The notes under the pieces: generated by a model
Told to the model about the DNA's origin: nothing
Databases searched by the model: none
Seen by the model: the letters and a program-made list of their open reading frames with translations, nothing else
Shown: positions 15,868 to 25,300 of the stretch, in pieces
How positions within the stretch are numbered: position 1 is the stretch's first letter
Layout of the letters: each line of letters starts with the position of its first letter
Source: a virus
Taxonomy: Duplodnaviria; Caudoviricetes
DNA: 33,551 nucleotides
IMG/VR virus record: IMGVR_UViG_3300006875_000075
Coordinates: 1-33,551 of that record
Reading direction: 5' to 3' (one strand)
Translations under genes and position numbers: made by a program

Positions 15868-17772
15868 TTATGAAGGATATGCAATAAGAACGATGCCAGA
15901 ACCACCCAATCCACCATTAGGATCTGCTCCAGATGGTCCAGATCCTCCTCCTCCACCACCTCCAGTATTTTCAGATCCATTAATAATTATTGAACCGGGA
16001 GGAACTGGAAATCCTGGTGAACCATTTCCACCGCCACCAGATCCTCCAGTTGCTGAAGTTCCTCCATTAGATCCACCTCCACCACCACCTGCATAAATTA
16101 CTGATGATCCAGAGATAGAAGAAGGTGATCCAGGTCCACCATTTCCTGCATTAGTTGGTGTTGCATTAGTACCAGTCCCACCGGCACCCCCGCCACCACC
16201 ACCTACAGCAGCAACTCCTGGATTATGGAATCCACTTCCACCATTACTTCCTTGTGAAGGAGAAACTGGTGGAGTATTTCCAGATCCTCCTCCAGCAGGT
16301 CCACTAACTCCTGGGCTGCCGCCACCACCACCAGACCCACCTGGAGATCCGGAGTTAGGGGCATTATTATAATTGCCGCCGCCACCGCCGCCGGTAGAAG
16401 TTATGGTAGAAAATACTGAAGGATTTCCATTACCTCCCCCACCTCTAGCTCCACCAGATCCAACAGTAATTGTGTATGATCCAGGAGATGGACTTACAGG
16501 AAATGAAGTTCCTGTTCTAAATCCACCAGCACCTCCCCCACCGCCACCCAAAATCCCACCACCGCCGCCACCAGCAACAACAAGATAGTCAACAGAAGTT
16601 AGAGAAGGATTTGTAATAGTAAATGTTCCTGATGATAAAAACTGATGAATGGTCTTTCCACCACTATAACTAATCAAACCACCAGTTGCTTTTGTAGATG
16701 CAACGATTTGTCCTATTTTATACCTAACAACTACAATTCCTGAACCACCACTTCCACCACCAGAAGATCCTGCAGGGTCATCACCACCACCTCCACCGCC
16801 ACCGCCTGTAGAATAAGTTCCATTACCACCTGGAACTCCAGGAGATGGAAATCCTGGTCCACCATTTCCACCACCACCAGATCCACCAGTTCCAGAAGTT
16901 CCTGCATTTGCTGCACCTGCAGCTCCACCTCCAGCAAAATATCCACCGCCAGGATTTGGACCAGGCGTTCCTAGTGGAGATGCAGAACCAGCAATTAAAA
17001 CTTGAGAACCAACACCACCTGGACCACCATTTAAATCGCTTGGTGCTGAAGAACCAGCACCACCAGCACCACCACCACCATTTCCAGCCCGTGCTGCAGG
17101 ATTAGAGTTTGCTCCGGAATTTCCTTGCGGTGGTGATGATGGTGGAGTATTTCCAGTTCCCCCGGTTGTTCCAGCAAATGGCACAACGCCAGGATTAGAT
17201 CCTCCACCTCCTCCACCAGATCCACCAGGACTTCCACTTTGAACTGGACTTGGAAAAGCTGCTCCACCATAACCACCACCTATTGCTGTAATTACTCCAA
17301 CATATCCAGGTGCAAATACAGAATTAGAACCAGAAGAAAATCCTTTATTGTTATTTGATCCTGCTGAAGGTGGTGCAGATCCAGCCCCACCAGCCCCAAC
17401 TGTTACAACATAAGATCCAGGAGAAGTTGATACTAAAAATGCTGAACCCTCTAGTGGGTGGCCAGAAAGATTAGTTCGCAAACCACCTGCGCCACCACCT
17501 CCAGCTCTTTGACCACCTCCGCCTCCTCCACCAGCAACTACCAAATAATCTACATTAGAACCATAACCACCAATAGAACTTACAGTAAAAGTTCCCGATG
17601 AGGTAAAAATATGTGCTCTATAAATTATTCCTGGTCCCGGATCAGTATAATCACTAATGACACCACCAGTTGCGGTGAGTCCAGTACTACCAGGAGGAGA
17701 AGAAGAAGCAAGAACAGCACCAATGCCAAACTGTTTTACAATAGATGCTAGAGAAGTAACGATGGGAGCCAT
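15868..17772 (-). CDS. Glycine-rich virion/adhesin-like protein with two tandem Gly-rich domains (634 aa)
   Basis: Two copies of ATGG.I...H.F.SSGTFT...VDYLVVAGGGGGG...GGSGIV. Confidence 0.82.
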   Translation of the reverse strand: MAPIVTSLASIVKQFGIGAVLASSSPPGSTGLTATGGVISDYTDPGPGIIYRAHIFTSSGTFTVSSIGGYGSNVDYLVVAGGGGGGGQRAGGGGAGGLRTNLSGHPLEGSAFLVSTSPGSYVVTVGAGGAGSAPPSAGSNNNKGFSSGSNSVFAPGYVGVITAIGGGYGGAAFPSPVQSGSPGGSGGGGGGSNPGVVPFAGTTGGTGNTPPSSPPQGNSGANSNPAARAGNGGGGAGGAGSSAPSDLNGGPGGVGSQVLIAGSASPLGTPGPNPGGGYFAGGGAAGAANAGTSGTGGSGGGGNGGPGFPSPGVPGGNGTYSTGGGGGGGGDDPAGSSGGGSGGSGIVVVRYKIGQIVASTKATGGLISYSGGKTIHQFLSSGTFTITNPSLTSVDYLVVAGGGGGGILGGGGGGAGGFRTGTSFPVSPSPGSYTITVGSGGARGGGGNGNPSVFSTITSTGGGGGGNYNNAPNSGSPGGSGGGGGSPGVSGPAGGGSGNTPPVSPSQGSNGGSGFHNPGVAAVGGGGGGAGGTGTNATPTNAGNGGPGSPSSISGSSVIYAGGGGGGSNGGTSATGGSGGGGNGSPGFPVPPGSIIINGSENTGGGGGGGSGPSGADPNGGLGGSGIVLIAYPS

Positions 17773-17775
17773 AAA

Positions 17776-18453
17776 TCAGTACCTTCTATATCCGCCGCTT
17801 ACATTTGAGAGTATTTTATAATTAAGTGTTGTTGATGCAGAACCAGTAGTATTGATACCGGTAAAGTTAAAGACATCATAACCAGTAGTACTTCCTGTTG
17901 CTACTGTTCCGGACACATAAGCAATATGAGTTTGAACACCAACAGTTGCATTCGCACCAAAGGCAACACCATTTAGAGTAACGCTAGTGCAAGCATATGC
18001 TGTTGCTGTTTGAATAGCAATTACGGCAAATGAGATTGCCCGATTATTAAAAGAACTATCAGTTGGAATACCAGTTACATTGAGTGTAATAGGTCCTGTT
18101 GGATTTGTGCAAATCGCAACATTACCACCACCAGTATTATAAACAAGACTTACGCTATTGCCACTTACGATTGTAGTTTTATCAGCAATAGAAGAGAGTC
18201 TTAAGTCAGTAACCGTAGAAACACCAGTATTATTTACTCCAGATACAGAAATTATAGGACTTCCTGATAGACCTGTTGCTGTTCCAGTAACATTTCCAAC
18301 AAAACTGACAGAAGTAACAACACCCGTTACATTAATACCACTTGCATTGACAGTTACACTAGACCCTACAATTGCTGATGTTGCTGTTAAAATACCAGTA
18401 TTCGTATTCCTACTGTCATCAATTACAGTAGTTCCTGAGACTTTAATGGCCAT
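17776..18453 (-). CDS. Short tail-fibre/adaptor protein (225 aa)
   Basis: MAIKVSGTTVIDDSRN, AIVGSSVTVN.SGINVTGVVT repeats, C-terminal beta domain ending GGYRRY. Confidence 0.8.
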   Translation of the reverse strand: MAIKVSGTTVIDDSRNTNTGILTATSAIVGSSVTVNASGINVTGVVTSVSFVGNVTGTATGLSGSPIISVSGVNNTGVSTVTDLRLSSIADKTTIVSGNSVSLVYNTGGGNVAICTNPTGPITLNVTGIPTDSSFNNRAISFAVIAIQTATAYACTSVTLNGVAFGANATVGVQTHIAYVSGTVATGSTTGYDVFNFTGINTTGSASTTLNYKILSNVSGGYRRY

Positions 18454-18456
18454 TTT

Positions 18457-19104
18457 TTAAATCCTCTTGCCAGATTTTAGTTTACCAAGTTTCCAACCAG
18501 ATTCTAAATATTTATCAACTTCCTCTTTCTGGACCCATTTCCAACTTACATCATTATGAACTGCTTTTCTGCCATATAATGAATGATTTTCTCCCTGTTG
18601 ATGTTTATTTTTCGCATATGTATCTTTACGCTTTTTAATATATTCTTCAGTTAAAGATTTTTGAGTTCTAATCATTTGGAATTCACGAGTTGCAGTAGAA
18701 CACTTTCCATTTTTCATAGCATTACGAACTCCTAAAGAAATATTACGATTACGTCTTTCTGCCCAGTTTGGATCATTTTTTAATTTTTGAGCAATTGTTT
18801 CATTACTTTTTATCCAGGTAGATGTTAAACCCGAACCACCTATAGATAAATTATAAGTGTCTTTTCTACAAACAAACTCCTTATTTACAATCTTTTTTTC
18901 TAAATCCATCAATGACTCTCTACTGTCACAATATTCAAGAATAGTTTTTGAAAAATTATTCCTGCCATATTTTTCAATCGCACGGGACACTAAAGTGCTG
19001 GATCCCATATATCCATCATTTATATTTTCTGTGGAGTGGACTCCAATATAAATTTTTCCGTTTAATTTATTTTCTATTTTATAGAGATAGTGAATTTTTG
19101 CCAT
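18457..19104 (-). CDS. Free-standing GIY-YIG homing endonuclease (Seg-like)
   Basis: YLYKIENKLNGKIYIGVHST...YMGS...AIEKYG..NF.K.IL...E...TYN. Confidence 0.88.
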   Translation of the reverse strand: MAKIHYLYKIENKLNGKIYIGVHSTENINDGYMGSSTLVSRAIEKYGRNNFSKTILEYCDSRESLMDLEKKIVNKEFVCRKDTYNLSIGGSGLTSTWIKSNETIAQKLKNDPNWAERRNRNISLGVRNAMKNGKCSTATREFQMIRTQKSLTEEYIKKRKDTYAKNKHQQGENHSLYGRKAVHNDVSWKWVQKEEVDKYLESGWKLGKLKSGKRI

Positions 19105-19131
19105 CTTCGTGTTACCACTCGGCGTTTCTTA

Positions 19132-20880
19132 TTATTTAGTGTTCTTTAGTTCTTCCACTTCTGCTTTGAGTTCCTTAATCGCTTCAATTAGAACGCCAAT
19201 AATACCATTATAGTTAACAGTCTTAGGGTCATCACCATGAACTAGTTCGGGTAGAACGTCTTCAAGTTCTTGTGCAATTACACCATAAGAAGGAAGACCA
19301 CTTTCCTTCCAGTTGAACTTAACTCCACGTAATTGATCGACTTTTAGTAATGCACTATTAACAGTATTGACGTTTTCCTTATAACGAATATCAGAAAGTG
19401 AATCAAAATCAGTTGCCGTAGCTATTCCAGTTACTCTAATTCCTGCAGGATTGATATTTAAGATTGAAGATCCAGCAGATACAAATGTTTGTTGTCCTGC
19501 AGTTGGTGAGAACACACCAGTTGTTGAACTGTTGTCAAAATACCAACTCGGAGCAATTGCAGTCCCATTCGCGAATGAAAGACTTCCAACTGCTGTAATT
19601 ATACCAACATTAAATGGTGCAGCATCAACCCATTGGGCACTATCAGTATCTTGGTAATAAATGAATAGTCTACCAATATTTGTATTGTACCAGAGATTTC
19701 CAGACGTTACAAAACCAACAGGAAATCCAGCAGAACCGGGAGTTGATCCAACACCAATTGTCGCACCTCCACCACCACCAACAATATTAACAGTTGCAAT
19801 ACCAGTTGTACTATCATAAAAAACTGTTGATAGTCCTGGACCTCTTAGATCAATAAAAGATACTGCATATCCAACAACTCCAGCAGAGGTTCCAATACCA
19901 ATTGTTGCAGTTAGATTTCTTGCATTTCCACTGAGATATGATCCATCTCCATAATAAGTAACAACACCTGAAGTTGCTGTAATAATTCCAGAAGAAATTC
20001 TTACCGTTCCTAATGTCGAAATTCCAGAAACATTAAGTTGTTTTGCAAATAACGTAGGACCGGTTACTGTTGTAATTCCAGAAAATGTGGAAATACCTGT
20101 TATATTAATACCAGTTGCATTAATAGTTTGCGCTGATCCTACTCGATAAGTAGTAGAAGTTATAATACCAGTTATATTGACACCAGTTCTATTAATTGTA
20201 ACTGCAGATCCTACAACCACCGATGCAGCAGTTAAAGCAGTTCCAACATTAAAACTTGATGTTACAGTTCCTACACCCGTAACATAAATTCCTGTTGAGT
20301 TAATGGTAACCGCAGATCCAACTATTGCTGAAGATAATGTGGTTATTCCAGAAACTCTTAGGTTATTTGATATATCAACACTATTATTAATATCAGTATA
20401 ACCATCAAAAGTAGATATACCTGTTACGTAGAGAGTTGCTCCGCTATTCAGTTGTGCAGCTTGACTTACAAAAAGTCTATTAATATCTGCTTGATCAAGA
20501 ACAATATCATCAATATTAACGTCTCCAGTTACATTAAGATCACCATAAACATAGAGTGCTGTCTGGCCAGTAGAAACCGGAGAGCGAACATCCAATAAGT
20601 ATTCCGGATATGCAGTACCAACACCTATAGATTTTGCTATTCCAGTTGGTCCTGCAATTACACTAAAAGCTTGTCCACCCGCTCCAACTCTTAGTTCATT
20701 TGTAATTGTTGAAATTCCACTGACATAAGAGTTGGTAACACCAATTCCACCTATAACATGAAATCCGTATTGTGGGATTGTTGTACCAATACCAACCTTA
20801 TCTGTCGTAGCGTCTGCAACGATAAGGTTGGTATTAACCTCAAATCCGTTCTTAACTACAAAATTCTTATTTACTGCCAT
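19132..20880 (-). CDS. Tail fibre with C-terminal intramolecular chaperone (peptidase S74-like)
   Basis: GIST/GIIT fibre repeats, then SDIRYKEN...LRGVKFNWK...GVIAQE...VNYNGIIGVLIEAIKEL and a coiled-coil end. Confidence 0.88.
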   Translation of the reverse strand: MAVNKNFVVKNGFEVNTNLIVADATTDKVGIGTTIPQYGFHVIGGIGVTNSYVSGISTITNELRVGAGGQAFSVIAGPTGIAKSIGVGTAYPEYLLDVRSPVSTGQTALYVYGDLNVTGDVNIDDIVLDQADINRLFVSQAAQLNSGATLYVTGISTFDGYTDINNSVDISNNLRVSGITTLSSAIVGSAVTINSTGIYVTGVGTVTSSFNVGTALTAASVVVGSAVTINRTGVNITGIITSTTYRVGSAQTINATGINITGISTFSGITTVTGPTLFAKQLNVSGISTLGTVRISSGIITATSGVVTYYGDGSYLSGNARNLTATIGIGTSAGVVGYAVSFIDLRGPGLSTVFYDSTTGIATVNIVGGGGGATIGVGSTPGSAGFPVGFVTSGNLWYNTNIGRLFIYYQDTDSAQWVDAAPFNVGIITAVGSLSFANGTAIAPSWYFDNSSTTGVFSPTAGQQTFVSAGSSILNINPAGIRVTGIATATDFDSLSDIRYKENVNTVNSALLKVDQLRGVKFNWKESGLPSYGVIAQELEDVLPELVHGDDPKTVNYNGIIGVLIEAIKELKAEVEELKNTK

Positions 20881-20918
20881 TTGGGTTCACTCTCCCCCAA
20901 TTAGATTTTAATTATTTA

Positions 20919-23900
20919 TCAAGGAAAATCAGGAACACCTGGAGGAAGTATCCATAAATTTGCAGTTGTGTTGCTATAAGTCGTTGGAGAAAAGAATGAA
21001 TTGGAAGATTGTCCATAATATCCATAATAATATGTTGTTCCACCCCAAGAAAGAATGGAATAGTCCAATCCATATCCGGGACCAATGCTATCTTCATCCC
21101 ATGCTAAACAATAAAATGGATATGAATATGGAACATATTGCCAATCAGTCAAACTAGTCTTAAGTTTTATATAATTTGAATTTATCATTTTCCTAATATT
21201 AAAATCAGTTGCTCTCGAAATTGCTGTAGTTTTTCCATCAAGAGTTGCTGTCAAACGATAATTTTGAGTCTTTGCAAGTTCAATAAAACTCTGCCATCTT
21301 ATATCATCAATACAAGAATCAGTTCCTGGAAGAACTCTACCTGTTGTTTTAGTTAAAGTTCTTGGATCTTTTCCTGCTGTTGCTGCAGAAAAGATAAGAA
21401 TTCTTCCAGCAGAATCTCTATAGAAATCTCCCGTCGTCTCAAATAATCTCATAATAAGTTTGGTTTCTTTTTCAGTATGTCCACCAAGAGTTGTATTTAC
21501 TACAGTGACAGATCCATCAGTATATCCAGATCCACCTCCTCCACCACCAGAAGTTCCTCCAGATCCACCAGTGGCTCCATTACCACCAATACCACCATCA
21601 GATCCACTATTACTACCTGCAGTTTGATTTATACCATAACCTTCTTTAAATCCTCGTATAATGGCAACACTATTTGTAACTTCTCTACCATCTGATAATC
21701 TAAACTTAGTTACACCAAGATCTGAACAAGCGGTTTTTCCCTCAGATCTCCAATAGATACCTTTAGTACAAGATATTGTTCTTCCACCAGTCAATCCAGA
21801 TGCTTTAGAATCTTCAGAATATATGTTCTTCGTTGCCGAGGAAGATCCAAAAATACCATTACCACTCAATTGACCAATAGGAATTGCTTGCCCACCAGAT
21901 CCAGATAGTCTTCCAAATCCATTTTCACCAGCAACATTTACACCACCACCTCTTCCGCCAGCGCCATAGCGTCCACCTTTACCACCTTGACCAACACAAG
22001 CAATCAACTGAGCCTTTCTATACAAATAAAGTGCTGTTTTTGATTTAATACCTTTAACAATATATTCTTCACCTCTTTTCATAGTAAATCTAATCTTTGA
22101 ATAACCACCTTCACCACCAAGTTCTTTCGTTGGACTTGTATAATCAGAGTCTTCACCTCTCGCACCATACATCTCAAATTCTACTGTAATATCCCTATCC
22201 TTTGCATATAAGCAAATAGTATCTGAATCAAAAACTCTTGATGTGATTGTATAATCAAGATTAGTTAAATCAAACTCACGTAAAGTTGCTGTGGTTGAAT
22301 TTAAATCATATGCCTCAACTTCAATAACTGCACGACTTGTTGAGGAAACAACATTTAATTGAGCAGTATTTGTATAAACTGGAGAATTACAAGCAGTTGG
22401 GTGTGTTATTTTTGCTCTTAATAAATTCTTAGATACGTTTGGAAGAGAAATTGATAAAGTTGGTGTTTGTGACCCACTTGCAAATGTAGAAACATCAATA
22501 TTTTGTGACAAACCACTTACGATTGAAGTTTGTTCTGGGGTGAAGTTGGATGTATATTTCGCAAGACCTTTGTAAATCTTAATGTCCTGCATATAACAGA
22601 ATGGGAAGTAATATCCTTGGTCATGGAATGTTGCGTGCTCCAAACCAATATATCCGGCAGCGTTGCCACCATAGGAAGAACTATCAATTCTTTGTCCAAT
22701 GTACTGACCATCAACATAAAATCTGACATTTGTTCCTTGTTTTGATACTGCAAGGTGTCTCCAAGTTCCCAATTTTAAATCACTTACAGTTCCAATAGAG
22801 GCATATCCACTAACATTTGCAATGTAAAAAGTGGCACCTGTCCCACTCCTAACAAAAGCAAACCAAGTTCCACCATCACCATAATATCCACCACCAACAC
22901 AAACAAGAACTTCATAAGGTCCAGTTGGATATGGATTTGAACCACTTTGGAAATTAACCCAACATTCTATTGTGAAATCTCCAGTTCCAAAATTAAAATC
23001 AGAACTTCCAGCAACATTTAAGTATGAACTTCCACCAAAATACGCAGCACCTCCATAAAATTTACCAACTCCAGTTCTCCAAGACGGAGACCTCCCCCAA
23101 GTGCTACCAGGAGTAATTGTTTTTGAAGTAGATGATAAATCAGTTAATGATAAACTTCCAGTTCCATTATCCCATAAAGGAAGAGATAATACTAATCTTT
23201 TATCAACTATCGCAACTGTTGATGGGGTAAAGTTTGCTGTATACTTAGATAATGCGTAAATTTGGAAGTCTTGTATTTTTCCAATCATATTATAAGTATT
23301 TCCTGGTGTCCTTCCTATCTTAACATCTGTTGCTGATATATTGCCGTTAAATGTTGCACTGGAAACTTGAATACCATCTATAAACAATCTTAGAGTAGAA
23401 TCTCTTTTTGTAATAGTTGTAGAAGGAGTTGTTCTTGTTACAGCAACATGATGCCAAGTATTTAAACTAAACTGACCACCAGAAGCAATAATAGTTCCAT
23501 TATAATAAACTTCAAGTTGTTCAGAACCAGGAGAACTACTTAATTGAGATGATTTATTTTTTCTAATACTTAACTGGTTTTGTCCATAATTTCCCGTTGA
23601 AAAAATATCATTCCATCCTGTTTGAGTAAAATATACCCAAGTTTCTACTGTAAAATCTCCTATTCCAAAATTAAAATCAGATAGCGGAGTTAGAGTAATA
23701 AAGGAATTACTATTAAAACTTGCATATCCATTGTAAAATTTGCCTCCACCAGAAACCCAAGATACATTAGTACTCGTGACTGTATTAGCAACATTAGTTA
23801 AATCTTCTAGTACTAATGAACCAGTATTTTTGTCCCAAAGAGGAAGTCTCAGTAATGCGTCTGTCGAATAATCTCCATTATTTTTTGGAACAGATATTGT

Positions 23901-25289
23901 GTTCTCACCATCAATCAAATCAATTCCATTTAATTGCCATTGGTAAGATACTTCTCCTTGGGAACTGTCTTCTAATGAAGATTCCGTGGAAAAAGATACA
24001 ATAGAATTTTGAGATGATGTTGCAATATCAGATCCCGATGATACTACTTCAATTTTAAAAGATCCATTTGTAGCAGGAGCTGGTAAAGTTTGAGCACCAT
24101 CTGGATTAAATGATGCTCCACTAACTAAATTTGGATGTATAAATCCAGATCCACCACCGCCTCCACCATCTTCACAACATCCAGAACTAGCATTAGGACC
24201 ACCAAAACCAGCGTAGTATCCTCCTCCACCACCGCCACCTGGGGCAGATAATGCATTAAGAGCTGCAGAACCACTACTTTGAGTTGCACCAGCCCCTCCT
24301 CTTCCAGGATAATTTGATGCATTTCCACCAGATAATCCACCACCAACACCACCAATTCCAGGATCATTTCCACCACCACCGCCGCCGCCTGCAATAATTA
24401 ATGCATTAGATTGAGAAACAGAATTTAAAAATAGACCAGTATAACCTCCTCCGCCACCAGCATATCCAGAAGTACTTTGTCCACCACCACCATATCCTCC
24501 CTTTGATCCATTCCCAGATCCACCAACGATTACTTTATAGGTGTTTCCAGCAACCAAAATAATATTTCCTTGAGCAGCACCCCCACTACCTCCAGTTATA
24601 GATCTATGATTTATTGAAGAAGCTCCACCACCACCAATGGCATATGCTTTTATCAATACATTTTTATCGGTTGTAATTGTATATTCTTTCCCAGAAACAA
24701 AATTAGAATATGCATTTACATCAAGTGTACTAAAAGTAGTATCAAATCCCAATCCATCTCTTATTCTGATATTAGCAGTTTGTTTAGTTGGTGTTGTTAT
24801 AGAAGTAATTTGTGGTTGTTTTGTTACTACAATATCTGAGTAGACGTTTAATGTAACAATTTCAGAATCTTTGGGATCATTAATTGCATTACCAGTTGAT
24901 CTGGCAGTTACAGATGTAACATCAGAACCAGCAGGTTGAGAATATGCAGATGGAATATAATCTGCTCTTAAGAAATATTCAGAATTATTAAAAAGAGTAG
25001 CACTAGAAATTCCCGAAAGAGTTAATGTTGATGTTGCTGAACCAACAACCGTTGTTCCATTGAAATCACCATCTGTTAATTCACCGTATCCAACTTGGTG
25101 CCAACGATAAGAAATATATCCAGTATTTGTTGCTGGATTTGCTGGAGTTTGTGTTGGGAATGTTGCTGTTGCAATACCAGTAAAGGTAGCAATTCCACTT
25201 GTACAAGCGGAAACAGAATATGGTTGAGTTATGAATGATAAAATAGGACCATTAAGGTCAAGAGTAGTTTGCTTATTAAAACTAGGCAT
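20919..25289 (-). CDS. Large virion protein with Ig-like, glycine-rich and two LamG/concanavalin-A-like domains (1456 aa)
   Basis: ITQP...SYRW..G and SYQWQLNG Ig-like motifs. Two DFNFG.GDFT.E.WV...W.H.AV...LF/FY.DG...QD..IY..KYT.NFTP domains. Two polyglycine blocks. Confidence 0.8.
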   Translation of the reverse strand: MPSFNKQTTLDLNGPILSFITQPYSVSACTSGIATFTGIATATFPTQTPANPATNTGYISYRWHQVGYGELTDGDFNGTTVVGSATSTLTLSGISSATLFNNSEYFLRADYIPSAYSQPAGSDVTSVTARSTGNAINDPKDSEIVTLNVYSDIVVTKQPQITSITTPTKQTANIRIRDGLGFDTTFSTLDVNAYSNFVSGKEYTITTDKNVLIKAYAIGGGGASSINHRSITGGSGGAAQGNIILVAGNTYKVIVGGSGNGSKGGYGGGGQSTSGYAGGGGGYTGLFLNSVSQSNALIIAGGGGGGGNDPGIGGVGGGLSGGNASNYPGRGGAGATQSSGSAALNALSAPGGGGGGGYYAGFGGPNASSGCCEDGGGGGGSGFIHPNLVSGASFNPDGAQTLPAPATNGSFKIEVVSSGSDIATSSQNSIVSFSTESSLEDSSQGEVSYQWQLNGIDLIDGENTISVPKNNGDYSTDALLRLPLWDKNTGSLVLEDLTNVANTVTSTNVSWVSGGGKFYNGYASFNSNSFITLTPLSDFNFGIGDFTVETWVYFTQTGWNDIFSTGNYGQNQLSIRKNKSSQLSSSPGSEQLEVYYNGTIIASGGQFSLNTWHHVAVTRTTPSTTITKRDSTLRLFIDGIQVSSATFNGNISATDVKIGRTPGNTYNMIGKIQDFQIYALSKYTANFTPSTVAIVDKRLVLSLPLWDNGTGSLSLTDLSSTSKTITPGSTWGRSPSWRTGVGKFYGGAAYFGGSSYLNVAGSSDFNFGTGDFTIECWVNFQSGSNPYPTGPYEVLVCVGGGYYGDGGTWFAFVRSGTGATFYIANVSGYASIGTVSDLKLGTWRHLAVSKQGTNVRFYVDGQYIGQRIDSSSYGGNAAGYIGLEHATFHDQGYYFPFCYMQDIKIYKGLAKYTSNFTPEQTSIVSGLSQNIDVSTFASGSQTPTLSISLPNVSKNLLRAKITHPTACNSPVYTNTAQLNVVSSTSRAVIEVEAYDLNSTTATLREFDLTNLDYTITSRVFDSDTICLYAKDRDITVEFEMYGARGEDSDYTSPTKELGGEGGYSKIRFTMKRGEEYIVKGIKSKTALYLYRKAQLIACVGQGGKGGRYGAGGRGGGVNVAGENGFGRLSGSGGQAIPIGQLSGNGIFGSSSATKNIYSEDSKASGLTGGRTISCTKGIYWRSEGKTACSDLGVTKFRLSDGREVTNSVAIIRGFKEGYGINQTAGSNSGSDGGIGGNGATGGSGGTSGGGGGGSGYTDGSVTVVNTTLGGHTEKETKLIMRLFETTGDFYRDSAGRILIFSAATAGKDPRTLTKTTGRVLPGTDSCIDDIRWQSFIELAKTQNYRLTATLDGKTTAISRATDFNIRKMINSNYIKLKTSLTDWQYVPYSYPFYCLAWDEDSIGPGYGLDYSILSWGGTTYYYGYYGQSSNSFFSPTTYSNTTANLWILPPGVPDFP

Positions 25290-25300
25290 AAGTTTTTACC

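Noticed and set aside
9956-17279. Numerous Pro-rich plus-strand ORFs and Val/Glu-rich alternative-frame ORFs
   Set aside because: They are antisense or frame-shifted shadows of polyglycine codons and lack independent promoters or motifs.
6405-19104. Group I introns or inteins hosting the endonucleases
   Set aside because: Flanking genes are complete ORFs, intergenic gaps are too short for an intron core, and no intein motifs were seen.
2578-25289. Diversity-generating retroelement or invertible shufflon acting on tip genes
   Set aside because: No reverse transcriptase or recombinase, no adenine-specific TR/VR pair noticed, and all modules share one orientation.
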